NCBI RefSeq assembly: GCF_003057965.1
Contig: NZ_CP020921.1
Coordinates: 1,600,916 to 1,664,915 of the forward strand
Origin: Thermodesulfobium acidiphilum
GTDB taxonomy: Bacteria > Thermodesulfobiota > Thermodesulfobiia > Thermodesulfobiales > Thermodesulfobiaceae
DNA length: 64,000 bases
Reading direction: 5' to 3'
This document shows, piece by piece, positions 20,374 to 30,557 of this stretch (the first letter of the stretch is position 1; every line of letters starts with the position of its first letter). Position numbers and translations under genes: made by a program. The notes under the pieces were generated by a model. It saw nothing but the letters and a program-made list of their open reading frames with translations. It was not told where the DNA came from and searched no databases.

Positions 20374-20769
20374 TTATAAACTATTTTTTTTAGATCTCGC
20401 TTTTTCCATGAACCTATTGAAATTTACAATAAATCTCTCATGAGTTCCTCTTGCAACTAGCTCTCTTTCGTCTCTTGCAGAAACCTCAAACGTTAGCTTT
20501 CTGCCGTCTACTTTGACAAGTTTTGCTTTTGCCCAAACCTTCATTCCTACGGGCGTAGGAGCGATGTGTTCTATATTAATCAATGTCCCAACAGAAGTAT
20601 CACCTGTAGCTAGCTTGTTCTTAATAGCTTCTACTGCAGCACCCTCAAGAAGACTAACTATTCTTGGTGTAGACAAAACGTTAACCAGTCCGCTGCCATA
20701 AAATGCTGCTGTATCATTATCAGTAACTATCGTTTCAATTTCTGCACTTAATCCAACCTCTATCATCAA
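20374..20769 (-). CDS. Fluoroacetyl-CoA thioesterase (FlK)-like hotdog thioesterase
   Basis: VLSTP...LEGAA, SVGT...EHIAPTPVG, RGTHERFIV. Confidence 0.88.
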   Translation of the reverse strand: MMIEVGLSAEIETIVTDNDTAAFYGSGLVNVLSTPRIVSLLEGAAVEAIKNKLATGDTSVGTLINIEHIAPTPVGMKVWAKAKLVKVDGRKLTFEVSARDERELVARGTHERFIVNFNRFMEKARSKKNSL

Positions 20770-20835
20770 TTATTCTCCCTTTGACAAAGATTCTAAACAA
20801 ACTATATTAGCATTATATAATAATTATAATAAAAT

Positions 20836-22137
20836 CTAAGAAATCTTGTTCAGATGATACTCCAACCAGTTAAATATTACCCCCTGAGCATAACCAAGAG
20901 CTCCGACCTGAGATCCCTCTTCAGCCCCTTCGCTTGCAGTCATATTAATTATCTCTCTTGGACATTCAAGCAGATCGTAGAATTTTTTAGACTCACCTCT
21001 AAAGAAAAAGGTGTTTGTAGAGTTTATAACCAGAGTAGGGCAATTGATATTTGTTATAATATCTCTTAGGTTATATGGCTTTGTCTTTAAGAAAAAATCA
21101 GCAATAGTAGAAGCGTTAAAAGCCCACATGCCGTGGTGAATTGCCCACCTAAAGGTGGTATTGTTCCTTAGCGCTTCGGCCATGGCCTTGTTGAAAGCTG
21201 CCTTATCAGTCTCAAGAAGTTTTTTTGCGACGGGTGGAAGGAGCGAAATTAAAGAACTATAATAGTCAAAAACTCCACCATCAGCTACCAATAGAGCAAT
21301 CCTACTATCAAAAGCACATGCTCTTGGCGCAAAATACCCTCCTAAATCTACTCCAAACATAGCTATTTTTTTAAGATTTACATCCTTTCTGGTTACAATA
21401 TAATTTATTATAGGTTTACTAACCTTTTCAAAGTCAGGTCTAAAGTAAAGCCCCTGAAGAATAAGTGCTCTTCCTTGTCCAGGACCATCAAAGGTAGCAA
21501 AATTAAAGCCTCTTTTCACAGCACCAAAGCCCCAATCCATAACGAGCTCTTCTGCATTGGAGTCAAAACCGCCTACCATAACTACGGTTGGCCTGGGTGT
21601 TGAGTCGCTTGACGCCTTCACAAAGTAAAGCGGGATAGTAGTATTCTGGTATTGGATTTCTATAGATTCAATTTTTGGATCAAAGAGTGAGGCAGCTTTA
21701 ACGAAAGAAGTTCTACTCTTGGTATAATTATCGAAAATCCTTGGATCTTTCGGATTGGCACCAAGAAAAAAACCTGAAGTCCTTAGATAATTAGATGCTC
21801 TTAAATAGGTTTCTCTTGCACTTACCAGAAAACCTTGAGAATAATACTCTTCTGCAAGAGAGTATAATCTATCTCCTTGAGTCTTCCAGCCTTCGTACCA
21901 GCTATTTGTATCATTGTCTTTGATGTTTTTGATCGCTAAAAAGCACTCCTTTATGTCCGCACAAGAAGAAAAAGTCTTTGAAAGCGCTCTGAGAGCTTGA
22001 TAAGAAAATTCTTTATTTGCAAATAACTCGCTTCCTTCTGAAGAACCATTAACCTGTGCAAATGCAATGTTGTTGAATGGTTCAAGGTTAAGAAGTGTGC
22101 CTAAAGCCAGGATACCCAAGAATTCTCTCCTGTTCAA
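20836..22137 (-). CDS. Tat-exported alpha/beta-hydrolase-fold protein (2,6-dihydroxypseudooxynicotine hydrolase/FrsA-like) with a non-canonical triad
   Basis: MNRREFL twin-Arg signal; GGFDS, FDGPGQG, GVDLGGYFAPRA. Confidence 0.8.
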   Translation of the reverse strand: MNRREFLGILALGTLLNLEPFNNIAFAQVNGSSEGSELFANKEFSYQALRALSKTFSSCADIKECFLAIKNIKDNDTNSWYEGWKTQGDRLYSLAEEYYSQGFLVSARETYLRASNYLRTSGFFLGANPKDPRIFDNYTKSRTSFVKAASLFDPKIESIEIQYQNTTIPLYFVKASSDSTPRPTVVMVGGFDSNAEELVMDWGFGAVKRGFNFATFDGPGQGRALILQGLYFRPDFEKVSKPIINYIVTRKDVNLKKIAMFGVDLGGYFAPRACAFDSRIALLVADGGVFDYYSSLISLLPPVAKKLLETDKAAFNKAMAEALRNNTTFRWAIHHGMWAFNASTIADFFLKTKPYNLRDIITNINCPTLVINSTNTFFFRGESKKFYDLLECPREIINMTASEGAEEGSQVGALGYAQGVIFNWLEYHLNKIS

Positions 22138-22231
22138 GTCAACCTCCTTAAATGTAGTAAAATATTAAATTATTGCTTAATTATAATGTCAAACAAAGCT
22201 ATTTTACAAGTAGATTTTGGAGGTAATATAA

Positions 22232-22888
22232 ATGAGGTTTACAATAATGTGGGATTTTGACGGAACAATTGCCGACACTACCGATCTAATAATAGAATCT
22301 TATCAGCAAACCTTCAAACACTTTTTTGGATTCGAATACCCAAGAGAAAAGATATTAAGCGTTTTTTCTCTCCCTATGAGAGAGAGCTTTATAGCGCTTG
22401 GCTTCGAAGAGGATATCATAGACAGAATGTTAAATTACTATCGACAATACCATGAATCTGTATTCTCTTCCAGAATAAAGGCATATCCAGGAGCAAGAGA
22501 AATTATTGAAGAACTTTCAAAAGAGGGCGTCGTTCAGGCAATTGTAACTTCTAGAAGACGCCGTACCACATATGAAGGAATACAACATCTTAAAATTGCG
22601 GAATTTATTCAAGAAGTAGTATGTAGCGAAGACGTTATTCGAACAAAGCCTGACCCAGAACCAATCGAAAAAGTTTTGGAAAGAACTAACGCTGACAAAA
22701 AAACATCGTTCATGATTGGTGATAGCCAGTACGATCAAATGGCTGCAAAACAAGCTAATATAAAATTTCTTGGAGCCTTATGGGGACCAAGACCAGAAAG
22801 CTTATATCCTGACAAAAATTCTTTTTTGATAAGTGACTTTAAAGAGGTTAAAAATTATGTTTTTTGTTATAATGATAAAATTCTATAA
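22232..22888 (+). CDS. HAD-IA hydrolase (PpaX/Gph-like)
   Basis: WDFDGTIADT, KPDPEP, MIGDSQYD. Confidence 0.9.
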   Translation: MRFTIMWDFDGTIADTTDLIIESYQQTFKHFFGFEYPREKILSVFSLPMRESFIALGFEEDIIDRMLNYYRQYHESVFSSRIKAYPGAREIIEELSKEGVVQAIVTSRRRRTTYEGIQHLKIAEFIQEVVCSEDVIRTKPDPEPIEKVLERTNADKKTSFMIGDSQYDQMAAKQANIKFLGALWGPRPESLYPDKNSFLISDFKEVKNYVFCYNDKIL

Positions 22889-22912
22889 CTTAAAAAAATA
22901 AGGAGGTATGTA

Positions 22913-23701
22913 GTGGGTATATTAGATGGCAAAAAAGCTCTCATTTTTGGTCTTGCTAATGATAAGAGCATCGCATGGGGCATTTCGAAGGCATTTAAGG
23001 AAGAAGGGGCTGAGCTCGCTCTCACCTATCTCCCTGTCATGGAAAAAAGGGTTAAACCGCTCGCAGAAAACCTTAAGGCTAAAATTGTTCTTCCTTGTGA
23101 CGTAAATAAAAATGATGATCTAAAAGCAGTTCATGATTCAATAAAAAATGAATGGGGTTTAATCGACATATTAGTACACTCGGTAGCATATGCTCCAAAA
23201 GAAGAATTCGAAGAAGGCCTGCTACAAACAACAAGAGAAGGCTTTAAAATAGCAATGGAAACCAGTTGCTACTCGCTAATTGCTATGTGTAATGCTTTTT
23301 ACCCCCTTATGCAGGGGCGTGAGGCATCGGTTATAACAATGACATATTATGGGGCAGAAAAAGTTGTGCCTCACTATAATATAATGGCAGTTTGTAAAGC
23401 TGCTCTCGAAGCATCGGTCAGGTTTCTCGCATATGACCTCGGTCCAAAAAAGATTAGAATAAACGCAATTTCTGCAGGCCCGATTAAAACTCTTGCAGCC
23501 TTTGGCATAAAGGGTTTTAGTGAACTACTAAAACATAACGAGCAAAATTCTCCACTTATGAGAACAGTCACAATTGAAGATGTAGGAAATCTCGCTTCTT
23601 TTTTGGCATCAGATAGATCTAAAAATATTACAGGCGATATTATTTATGTAGATGCGGGTTATCATGTTATGGGAACTCCTAGGGCTCCAGAAGATTTATA
23701 A
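22913..23701 (+). CDS. fabI: Enoyl-ACP reductase
   Basis: GLANDKSIAWGI, YNIMAVCKAALE, ISAGPIKTLAA. Confidence 0.95.
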   Translation: MGILDGKKALIFGLANDKSIAWGISKAFKEEGAELALTYLPVMEKRVKPLAENLKAKIVLPCDVNKNDDLKAVHDSIKNEWGLIDILVHSVAYAPKEEFEEGLLQTTREGFKIAMETSCYSLIAMCNAFYPLMQGREASVITMTYYGAEKVVPHYNIMAVCKAALEASVRFLAYDLGPKKIRINAISAGPIKTLAAFGIKGFSELLKHNEQNSPLMRTVTIEDVGNLASFLASDRSKNITGDIIYVDAGYHVMGTPRAPEDL

Positions 23702-23708
23702 AAAATAA

Positions 23709-23752
23709 GCCTGTGATTTATGAATGTTTTTGTGTTTCATAGATCACAGGCC
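23709..23752. terminator. Hairpin between convergent fabI and amtB (probable bidirectional terminator)
   Basis: GCCTGTGATTTATGAA...TTCATAGATCACAGGC inverted repeat. Confidence 0.7.
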
Positions 23753-23781
23753 TTAAAACTATCTAATTTGAATACATGTTA

Positions 23782-25188
23782 TTAGAATTCATAAGCTGAT
23801 TCCTCGTGTTCGCTTTCATCGAGACCCTTTATCTCAAATTCTCTTGAAACCCTTAAGCCAAAAAATCTTTTAATAAATAACCCGATTAAGAGAGTTATCG
23901 TAAAACAATAAATTATAGCCACAGATACACCTATTATTTGAAAAATAATCTGATGCACACCACCAAAAAAAAGTCCTTTTGCACCGTTTATTATAGGATT
24001 TGCAAATAAACCCAACGCCAGGCTCCCCCATATACCTGAAATCCCGTGGATACCAAATACGTCAAGGCTGTCATCGTAGTTAAATTTTGGTTTGATATAT
24101 GAAATAGCAGTGTAGCAAAAACAAGATGATATCATCCCAATAACAAAAGCGCTCGAAATATTCACATAGCCCACAGCAGGGGTAATAGCACCAAGTCCTG
24201 CTATAGAACCCGATATTGCCCCTAAAACAGTTGCCTTCTTATCCTTTATGAGATCGATTGCCATCCATGTCAAAAGACCAACAGAGGCTGCCATATTTGT
24301 ATTTATAAAAGCATCAACTGCAAGTTGGCCCGAAGAAAGAGCGCTCCCTGCATTAAATCCAAACCAACCAAACCATAAAAGACCTGCACCAACAACTGAA
24401 TAACCCAACTGATGCGGCAAAATCCTCATATCCTTTCTCCTACCGAGAATCAAACACATTGCAAGAGCAGAAATTCCTGCGCTAATATGAACCACAATAC
24501 CGCCGGCAAAATCTAATACTCCTAATTTGGCAAGCCATCCACCGCCCCATACCCAGTGGACAAGAGGGATATAAACAAAGGTAATCCATAAAACTGTAAA
24601 TATTATCCAGCTCTTAAATTTTATTCTCTCTACAAGTGCGCCAGAAATAAGAGAAACAGTAATAGCTGCAAATGTCATCTGATAAACTGCAAAAAGAATT
24701 ATAGGTATAGAGCCAGAAAGAGACGTAATATGAGAGAAAAAGATGTCTGAAAAAGTACCTATTATACCAAAAACATCTTTGCCAAAAGCCAGTGGAAAAC
24801 CAAAAACAAACCACATAACAGAAACAATAGCATATGAAACGATAGACATCAGCATCGTGTTAAGGGCGCTTAATTTTTTAACCAATCCACTGTAAAAAAG
24901 AATTAGCCCAGGAAATGTCATAAACATTACAAGCGCCGTAGAAACCATCATCCAGGCAGTATCAGCGCCATTAAGTTCGGGAGTAGGTGTAGCATCGTCT
25001 GCATAGCTTACAGAACCAAAACTTTGAATGATAATTAGAGAAAAAAGAAAATAGCCAGTAAGTAAAATATATCTTAGATATGACGGAGGGGTTTTAAATA
25101 GGGGATTTGATTTTAAAGTAAAAATTCTGACTGCCAGCATTAAAGACATTATGAAAATAGTCGACAAGCCTTCAGGAACGCCAAACAT
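23782..25188 (-). CDS. amtB: Ammonium transporter
   Basis: DTAWM, DFAGGIVVH, WFGWFGFNAGS, DDSLDVFGIHG (both pore His retained). Confidence 0.96.
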   Translation of the reverse strand: MFGVPEGLSTIFIMSLMLAVRIFTLKSNPLFKTPPSYLRYILLTGYFLFSLIIIQSFGSVSYADDATPTPELNGADTAWMMVSTALVMFMTFPGLILFYSGLVKKLSALNTMLMSIVSYAIVSVMWFVFGFPLAFGKDVFGIIGTFSDIFFSHITSLSGSIPIILFAVYQMTFAAITVSLISGALVERIKFKSWIIFTVLWITFVYIPLVHWVWGGGWLAKLGVLDFAGGIVVHISAGISALAMCLILGRRKDMRILPHQLGYSVVGAGLLWFGWFGFNAGSALSSGQLAVDAFINTNMAASVGLLTWMAIDLIKDKKATVLGAISGSIAGLGAITPAVGYVNISSAFVIGMISSCFCYTAISYIKPKFNYDDSLDVFGIHGISGIWGSLALGLFANPIINGAKGLFFGGVHQIIFQIIGVSVAIIYCFTITLLIGLFIKRFFGLRVSREFEIKGLDESEHEESAYEF

Positions 25189-25212
25189 ATTTTTTCCTCC
25201 TTAAATTAAATT

Positions 25213-25572
<360 letters not shown>

Positions 25573-25767
25573 TCAAATTTTCTTGTAAAACCTGGATTTT
25601 GAATGCGAAAAAGATAGAATTAGTTAAGCGTTTTGTAATGTGGTCAAATAAACTGTGAGACCTCGCATACAAAAAAGAGCTAAAGGAAAAAGAAAAAATA
25701 GGAGATAGAAAAAGAATTTTAAACGCTTCCCTTTTTGAAAGAACGCCATTGTTCCTGAAGTATTTTT

Positions 25768-25796
25768 ATACTATCAACTTTATCTTATTTTGTCAA
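25768..25796 (-). promoter_or_regulatory. Sigma70-type promoter of glnK-amtB
   Basis: Minus strand TTGACA-N17-TAGTAT. Confidence 0.65.
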
Positions 25797-25822
25797 ATTT
25801 ATACAGGTTAACTAAAAAAACT

Positions 25823-27070
25823 TTATTTCTCAAGAAAAGCCAAGACTTCAGCATGAACAGTATTAGGAAAAAAATCAAAACCGTAAATCTTTTTCAGGGA
25901 GTACTTCTTTAATAGAAAAGATAGGTCTCTACCAAGAGTTACAGGGTTACATGAAAGATAAACAATCTTTTCCGGTAAAATTTTTAATAACTTATCCAAA
26001 ACTATTTTCTTGATTCCATCTCTTGGCGGATCAAGGATAACAACGTCAGATTCTTTCAAAATATCTTCACTAACGCGTTCAGAACTGGAAAAAATTGATA
26101 TTACATTATTTGCATTAAGCGATCTTATATTTTTAACTGAATACAGATAAGAGTTTTTAAAAGACTCTACTAAATAAACTTTACTTGCTGAATCCCTAAG
26201 GCTTAAACCAATAGAACCAACTCCCGAATATAAATCAACAATTTTCCCCACATTATTAATTTCGTTTCTAACAATTTCTAAGGCTTTAGAAAATAATTCA
26301 ATATTATTTTGAAAGAAACAGTCATAACCATACTTTATCTTAGTTCCCAAAAGATCTTGTTCTATGAAGTCTCGGCCATATACTTTTTTATTATTATCTG
26401 CAATCACAATAAGGCCAGCTAAATCTTCAATTTCAGGCACCATGACTATATCAATATCAATTTTATTTTTTAAATAAATTATTCCTAATACTTGACCATT
26501 CGTACTCTTTCTAAAAACAATTTTTTCTAAAGCTTCTTTGCCAACATCCAAAGAGTTCAAATAATCTAAAAAACTATATGCAATATAATTTACCTTATCA
26601 TCTACCAGTTTGCAGCCATTTTCAAGAAGCACAAGATCCTTTGTTCCTCTTTTGTAAAAAGCATATTTAAGTTTAGAACAAGTATTTTCCAATCTATATT
26701 CAATCTTTGTTCTATAACCATATATATTATAAGCCTTATAAAACGAATCAAGTTTAATATCCTTTCTGACTGTTTGGAATATTCCCTCCTCAATAATATC
26801 TGCTTTTAGTCTTATCTGATATTTATAATCTATAGTCTGCCAAGGCGAGCAACTTAGGTAGTGAGATTCTTTTGGAAGAATTCTAAATCTAGATGGCTCA
26901 ATCACATTTACAAGCTCTGCTTCAATATAGTCTTTCTTTTCCCTTACAAACTTAACTTCAGCAACCTCGCCTGGTAAAACCCCATAACAAAACACCACTT
27001 TTCCACAATTTTTTCCTAGAGCTCTACCAGAGCTGACAATCTTTTCAAATTTTATCGGCCACAATCGCAC
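25823..27070 (-). CDS. RlmD/TrmA-family RNA m5U methyltransferase
   Basis: TRAM-like N-terminus, FFQNN, DLYSGVG, LDPPRDG, YLSCNPVT, DFFPNTVHAE. Confidence 0.88.
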   Translation of the reverse strand: MRLWPIKFEKIVSSGRALGKNCGKVVFCYGVLPGEVAEVKFVREKKDYIEAELVNVIEPSRFRILPKESHYLSCSPWQTIDYKYQIRLKADIIEEGIFQTVRKDIKLDSFYKAYNIYGYRTKIEYRLENTCSKLKYAFYKRGTKDLVLLENGCKLVDDKVNYIAYSFLDYLNSLDVGKEALEKIVFRKSTNGQVLGIIYLKNKIDIDIVMVPEIEDLAGLIVIADNNKKVYGRDFIEQDLLGTKIKYGYDCFFQNNIELFSKALEIVRNEINNVGKIVDLYSGVGSIGLSLRDSASKVYLVESFKNSYLYSVKNIRSLNANNVISIFSSSERVSEDILKESDVVILDPPRDGIKKIVLDKLLKILPEKIVYLSCNPVTLGRDLSFLLKKYSLKKIYGFDFFPNTVHAEVLAFLEK

Positions 27071-29097
27071 TATTTCCTGATCGTCCCAATAACTTTAAGT
27101 TTTACACCTGGATCAAGTTCCTCAAAAGACATTATTGGTATCCTTGGCAGCGCCCTAAGCGTAAGTGCTCTAATGTGAGGTCTTATTCTTGATGTTGTCA
27201 AAATTACAAACCTTTTACCCTGAGACAAAGCTTCTTGCGCTGATGAAGTGATATTGTTTACAACAGTTTGCGCCAATTGACTATCAAGAACTTTATTTTC
27301 AGCTAAATTAGAATAAATTTCACCTTCAAGATTGGCATCTATAACAATTGCGCTTATTTCTCCGGGAGAATCTTCATACATCTGAGTAATTGCCTTACCC
27401 AATCTCTTCCTAACAGCTTCAGTAAGTGAAGTTACATCCCTTAACTGTCTAGCATTATCAGCAAGAGCCTCAAAAATTGTAACCATATCTCTGATAGATA
27501 TTCCTTCACTCAACAGGGCGTGCAAAACCTTCTGAACGTCTCCAATTGACAATAGTTCCGGAATTACCTCTTCAACAAGTACTGGGTGAGTAGACTTTAA
27601 ATTTTCAATAAGTACAGAGGTTTCCTGTCTTCCCAAAATTAAGACAGCATTAGCTTTTATAACTTCCGTCATATGAGTTACAATTACCGACGACGGATCT
27701 ACCACAGTGTATCCTGATAATTCAGCAACCTCTTTTTGTTCTAAGTCTATCCAAACTGCGTTAAGTCCAAAAACTGGCTCTTTAACCTTAATTCCACTTA
27801 TAGTAATTTCCTGACCAGCTGGGGGCATAGCAAGCAACTTATTCGGATAAGCATCTCCAAAAGCTACAATATTGCCCCTTATCTTAATCTGATACCTTGT
27901 AGAATTAAGTTGCAGATTATCCCTTACTCTAATTGGGGGAATAATGAATCCCATCTCTTCTGAAAGCCTTCTTCTAGTAAGAGCCAATCTGTGGAGTATA
28001 CCTTCTCCTCTACTTATGTCAGCCAGCTGAACCAGTGCGTAGCCCATTTCAAGTTCCAGCGCCTCAACTCTTAAAATTGAGGGGTCAATTTCTACAGGAG
28101 GGAGACTAACAGGTGCTTCTACCTGAGTTTCCTCTTCAACAATCTCTTCTTTTCTAGCCCTTTGAATAAAATAATATCCTATAAAGCCAAAGAAAAGTGC
28201 AAGTATGAAAAAAGGCAATTTTGGCAAACCTGGAATCATTCCCATTATTAACATTATCAAAGCAGCAAAGAGTATAGCTGAAGGCTGTGCCACCATCTGA
28301 GTAAACGTATCAGTTCCTAAACCATCTTTGCTTGATGCCCTCGTTATGATTATTCCCGTAGACGTAGATAAGAGAAGCGCTGGAATTTGAGAAACAAGAC
28401 CTTCCCCTACAGTCAAAAGTGTATATGTGCTCAATGCCTTACTAATACTCATATTATGTTGCACTATACCTATAATAAAACCACCTATAATATTGATAAA
28501 CATAATTACAATTGCAGATATAGCATCCCCTCTTACAAATTTTGATGCACCGTCCATACTACCATAGAAATCCGCCTCTCTCTGAATGTTTTTTCTTCTT
28601 TCTCTTGCTTGTTCTTCGTTTATCAGACCAGCATTCAGATCTGCGTCGATGCCCATCTGTTTTCCTGGCATAGAATCCAACGTAAACCTTGCTGCTACTT
28701 CTGCTGTACGAGTAGCACCGCTTGTAATAACCAGATATTGAATAACTATAAGAATTAAAAATATAATAAGACCAACAACATAATTTCCCCCAACTACAAA
28801 TGTCCCGAAAGAATTTATTACTTCACCTGCAAAAGCATGTAATAATATCAGTCTGGTAGCCGCTATCTCTAAAGAAATCCTGAATATTGTCATTATCAAA
28901 ATAAGCGTTGGAAAAACAGAAAAATCAAGAGGGGTTTTAACGCTTAGCGTTACCATAAGAGTAACGATCGAAAGTGAGATATTAAGGGAAAGCAAAATAT
29001 CCATTAAAGTGGGAGGTAATGGAATCATCATAATTCCCAAAATCAACATAATTAATCCTGCTAGAACAGTTTCAGTTCGCGAAAAGATTACGCTCAT
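27070..29097 (-). CDS. flhA: Flagellar export gate protein FlhA
   Basis: AEVAARFTLDSMPGKQMGIDADLNAG, DFYGSMDGASKFVRGD. Confidence 0.97.
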   Translation of the reverse strand: MSVIFSRTETVLAGLIMLILGIMMIPLPPTLMDILLSLNISLSIVTLMVTLSVKTPLDFSVFPTLILIMTIFRISLEIAATRLILLHAFAGEVINSFGTFVVGGNYVVGLIIFLILIVIQYLVITSGATRTAEVAARFTLDSMPGKQMGIDADLNAGLINEEQARERRKNIQREADFYGSMDGASKFVRGDAISAIVIMFINIIGGFIIGIVQHNMSISKALSTYTLLTVGEGLVSQIPALLLSTSTGIIITRASSKDGLGTDTFTQMVAQPSAILFAALIMLIMGMIPGLPKLPFFILALFFGFIGYYFIQRARKEEIVEEETQVEAPVSLPPVEIDPSILRVEALELEMGYALVQLADISRGEGILHRLALTRRRLSEEMGFIIPPIRVRDNLQLNSTRYQIKIRGNIVAFGDAYPNKLLAMPPAGQEITISGIKVKEPVFGLNAVWIDLEQKEVAELSGYTVVDPSSVIVTHMTEVIKANAVLILGRQETSVLIENLKSTHPVLVEEVIPELLSIGDVQKVLHALLSEGISIRDMVTIFEALADNARQLRDVTSLTEAVRKRLGKAITQMYEDSPGEISAIVIDANLEGEIYSNLAENKVLDSQLAQTVVNNITSSAQEALSQGKRFVILTTSRIRPHIRALTLRALPRIPIMSFEELDPGVKLKVIGTIRK

Positions 29098-29550
29098 TTA
29101 TATTAATTTCCGCTTTAACTCACGAATATTACTTGAAATTTCATCAATATGTGATTGATCTTCTTTAAAGAGTTGTTTTAGATATAGCCGAAGGTGTTGC
29201 TCTTTAATTTTCTCCATAACCTTTTTTTTCATGTCTTTAAGCAAAAAATCAGATTTATCCTCCTTTGCTTTCAAGTAAGCAAAATACAATTCATCTCTCT
29301 TAACCCTTAGAAGTTCTTCTAATATATATAGATTGTTCAACAAAGCATTTATATTGTCCACGGTTGAACCGCTTTCCAAAGCAAGATTTAATTCATTTCT
29401 CGCATTCAGAACCTTCTTAAAGATTAACTTATATTCATTTTCTTTGTCCATAAATTTTTTTAATGACTTTGAAAAAGCATTAAGTGAAAGATCTCTTTCT
29501 ATTTCTCTGAATTTTTTTATCCTTTCAAATCTAAAAGCAAATTTCTTCAT
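29098..29550 (-). CDS. fliJ: Flagellar export chaperone FliJ
   Basis: MKKFAFRFERI N-terminus, coiled coil, DQSHIDE C-terminus; context. Confidence 0.75.
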   Translation of the reverse strand: MKKFAFRFERIKKFREIERDLSLNAFSKSLKKFMDKENEYKLIFKKVLNARNELNLALESGSTVDNINALLNNLYILEELLRVKRDELYFAYLKAKEDKSDFLLKDMKKKVMEKIKEQHLRLYLKQLFKEDQSHIDEISSNIRELKRKLI

Positions 29551-30557
29551 TAGTAGACAATCTCGTCTTCTCCGCCACGCGAGATGACTATTGTGCCCGC
29601 TTCTTCAAGCCTTCTAATTATTGCTACAACTTTGCTTTGTGCCTCTTCTACTTGTTTTAGTCTAACAGGCCCCATATATTCCAATTCCTCTTTTAACATC
29701 TGCGCAGCTCTTTGTGAGAGATTTTTCAAAATCCTCTCTTTTACTTCTTCAGAGCTACCTTTCAAGGCAACACTAAGATCCTTAGAATCAACTTCTCTTA
29801 AAACAACCTGTATCGAACGGTCATCAAGATTTACAATATCATCAAAAGTAAACATCAATTTTCTTACGTTTTCAGCTAACTCTGGATCCTTTTCATCTAA
29901 TGCCTCCAGAACTGATTTCTCAACAGCCCTACCTGATCTTGACAAAATCTGAGCCAAAGTTTGAACTCCTCCAACTTCTGTAAAATCCTGACTAACAATG
30001 GTAGAGAGCTTCCTTTCAAGCACGCTCTCCACTTCACGTATGATATCAGGAGAAGTTCTATCCATTGTTGCTAATCTATAAGATACGTCGGATTGAATAG
30101 CAGGTGGTAATTCGCTTAAGATCGTTCCCGCTTGCTCTGGCTTTAAGTGAGCAAGAACAAGTGCAATAGTTTGCGGATGTTCATTTTGAAGAAAGTTCAA
30201 GAGTTGTCTTGCATCAGCTTTTCTAGCAATCTCAAAAGGTCTTACCTGAAGTGAAGAAGAAAGTCTGGTCAAAATTTCTTGGGCCTTTTCTGGGCCAAAT
30301 GCCTTTTCAAGAAGTTCTTTAGCATAACTTACTCCTCCTCTAGCAGCAATCTCTCTGGCATACATAGTCTGAAAAGCTTCTTCTAAAACTTCATCCACTT
30401 CACCAGTATCTATTTTTCCCAAACCAGCAATCTCAAGAGTTAAGAGTTCAACATCTTCATCAGAAAGGTGTTTCAGAACGTTGGCCGCCTCGTTTGGACC
30501 CAGTTGTAAAAGAAGCGCAGCAGCCTTTTGCCTATTTGTAAAACGTTGTCCTTTCAT
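29550..30557 (-). CDS. fliG: Flagellar motor switch protein FliG
   Basis: KAAALLL, EHPQTIA, MFTFDD, MGPVRLKQVEEAQ. Confidence 0.97.
   Translation of the reverse strand: MKGQRFTNRQKAAALLLQLGPNEAANVLKHLSDEDVELLTLEIAGLGKIDTGEVDEVLEEAFQTMYAREIAARGGVSYAKELLEKAFGPEKAQEILTRLSSSLQVRPFEIARKADARQLLNFLQNEHPQTIALVLAHLKPEQAGTILSELPPAIQSDVSYRLATMDRTSPDIIREVESVLERKLSTIVSQDFTEVGGVQTLAQILSRSGRAVEKSVLEALDEKDPELAENVRKLMFTFDDIVNLDDRSIQVVLREVDSKDLSVALKGSSEEVKERILKNLSQRAAQMLKEELEYMGPVRLKQVEEAQSKVVAIIRRLEEAGTIVISRGGEDEIVY

Noticed and set aside
24990-25188. Long N-terminal extension of AmtB as a possible fused domain
   Set aside because: Most simply an extended signal or leader segment ending SYA-DD; cleavable leaders are known for AmtB.
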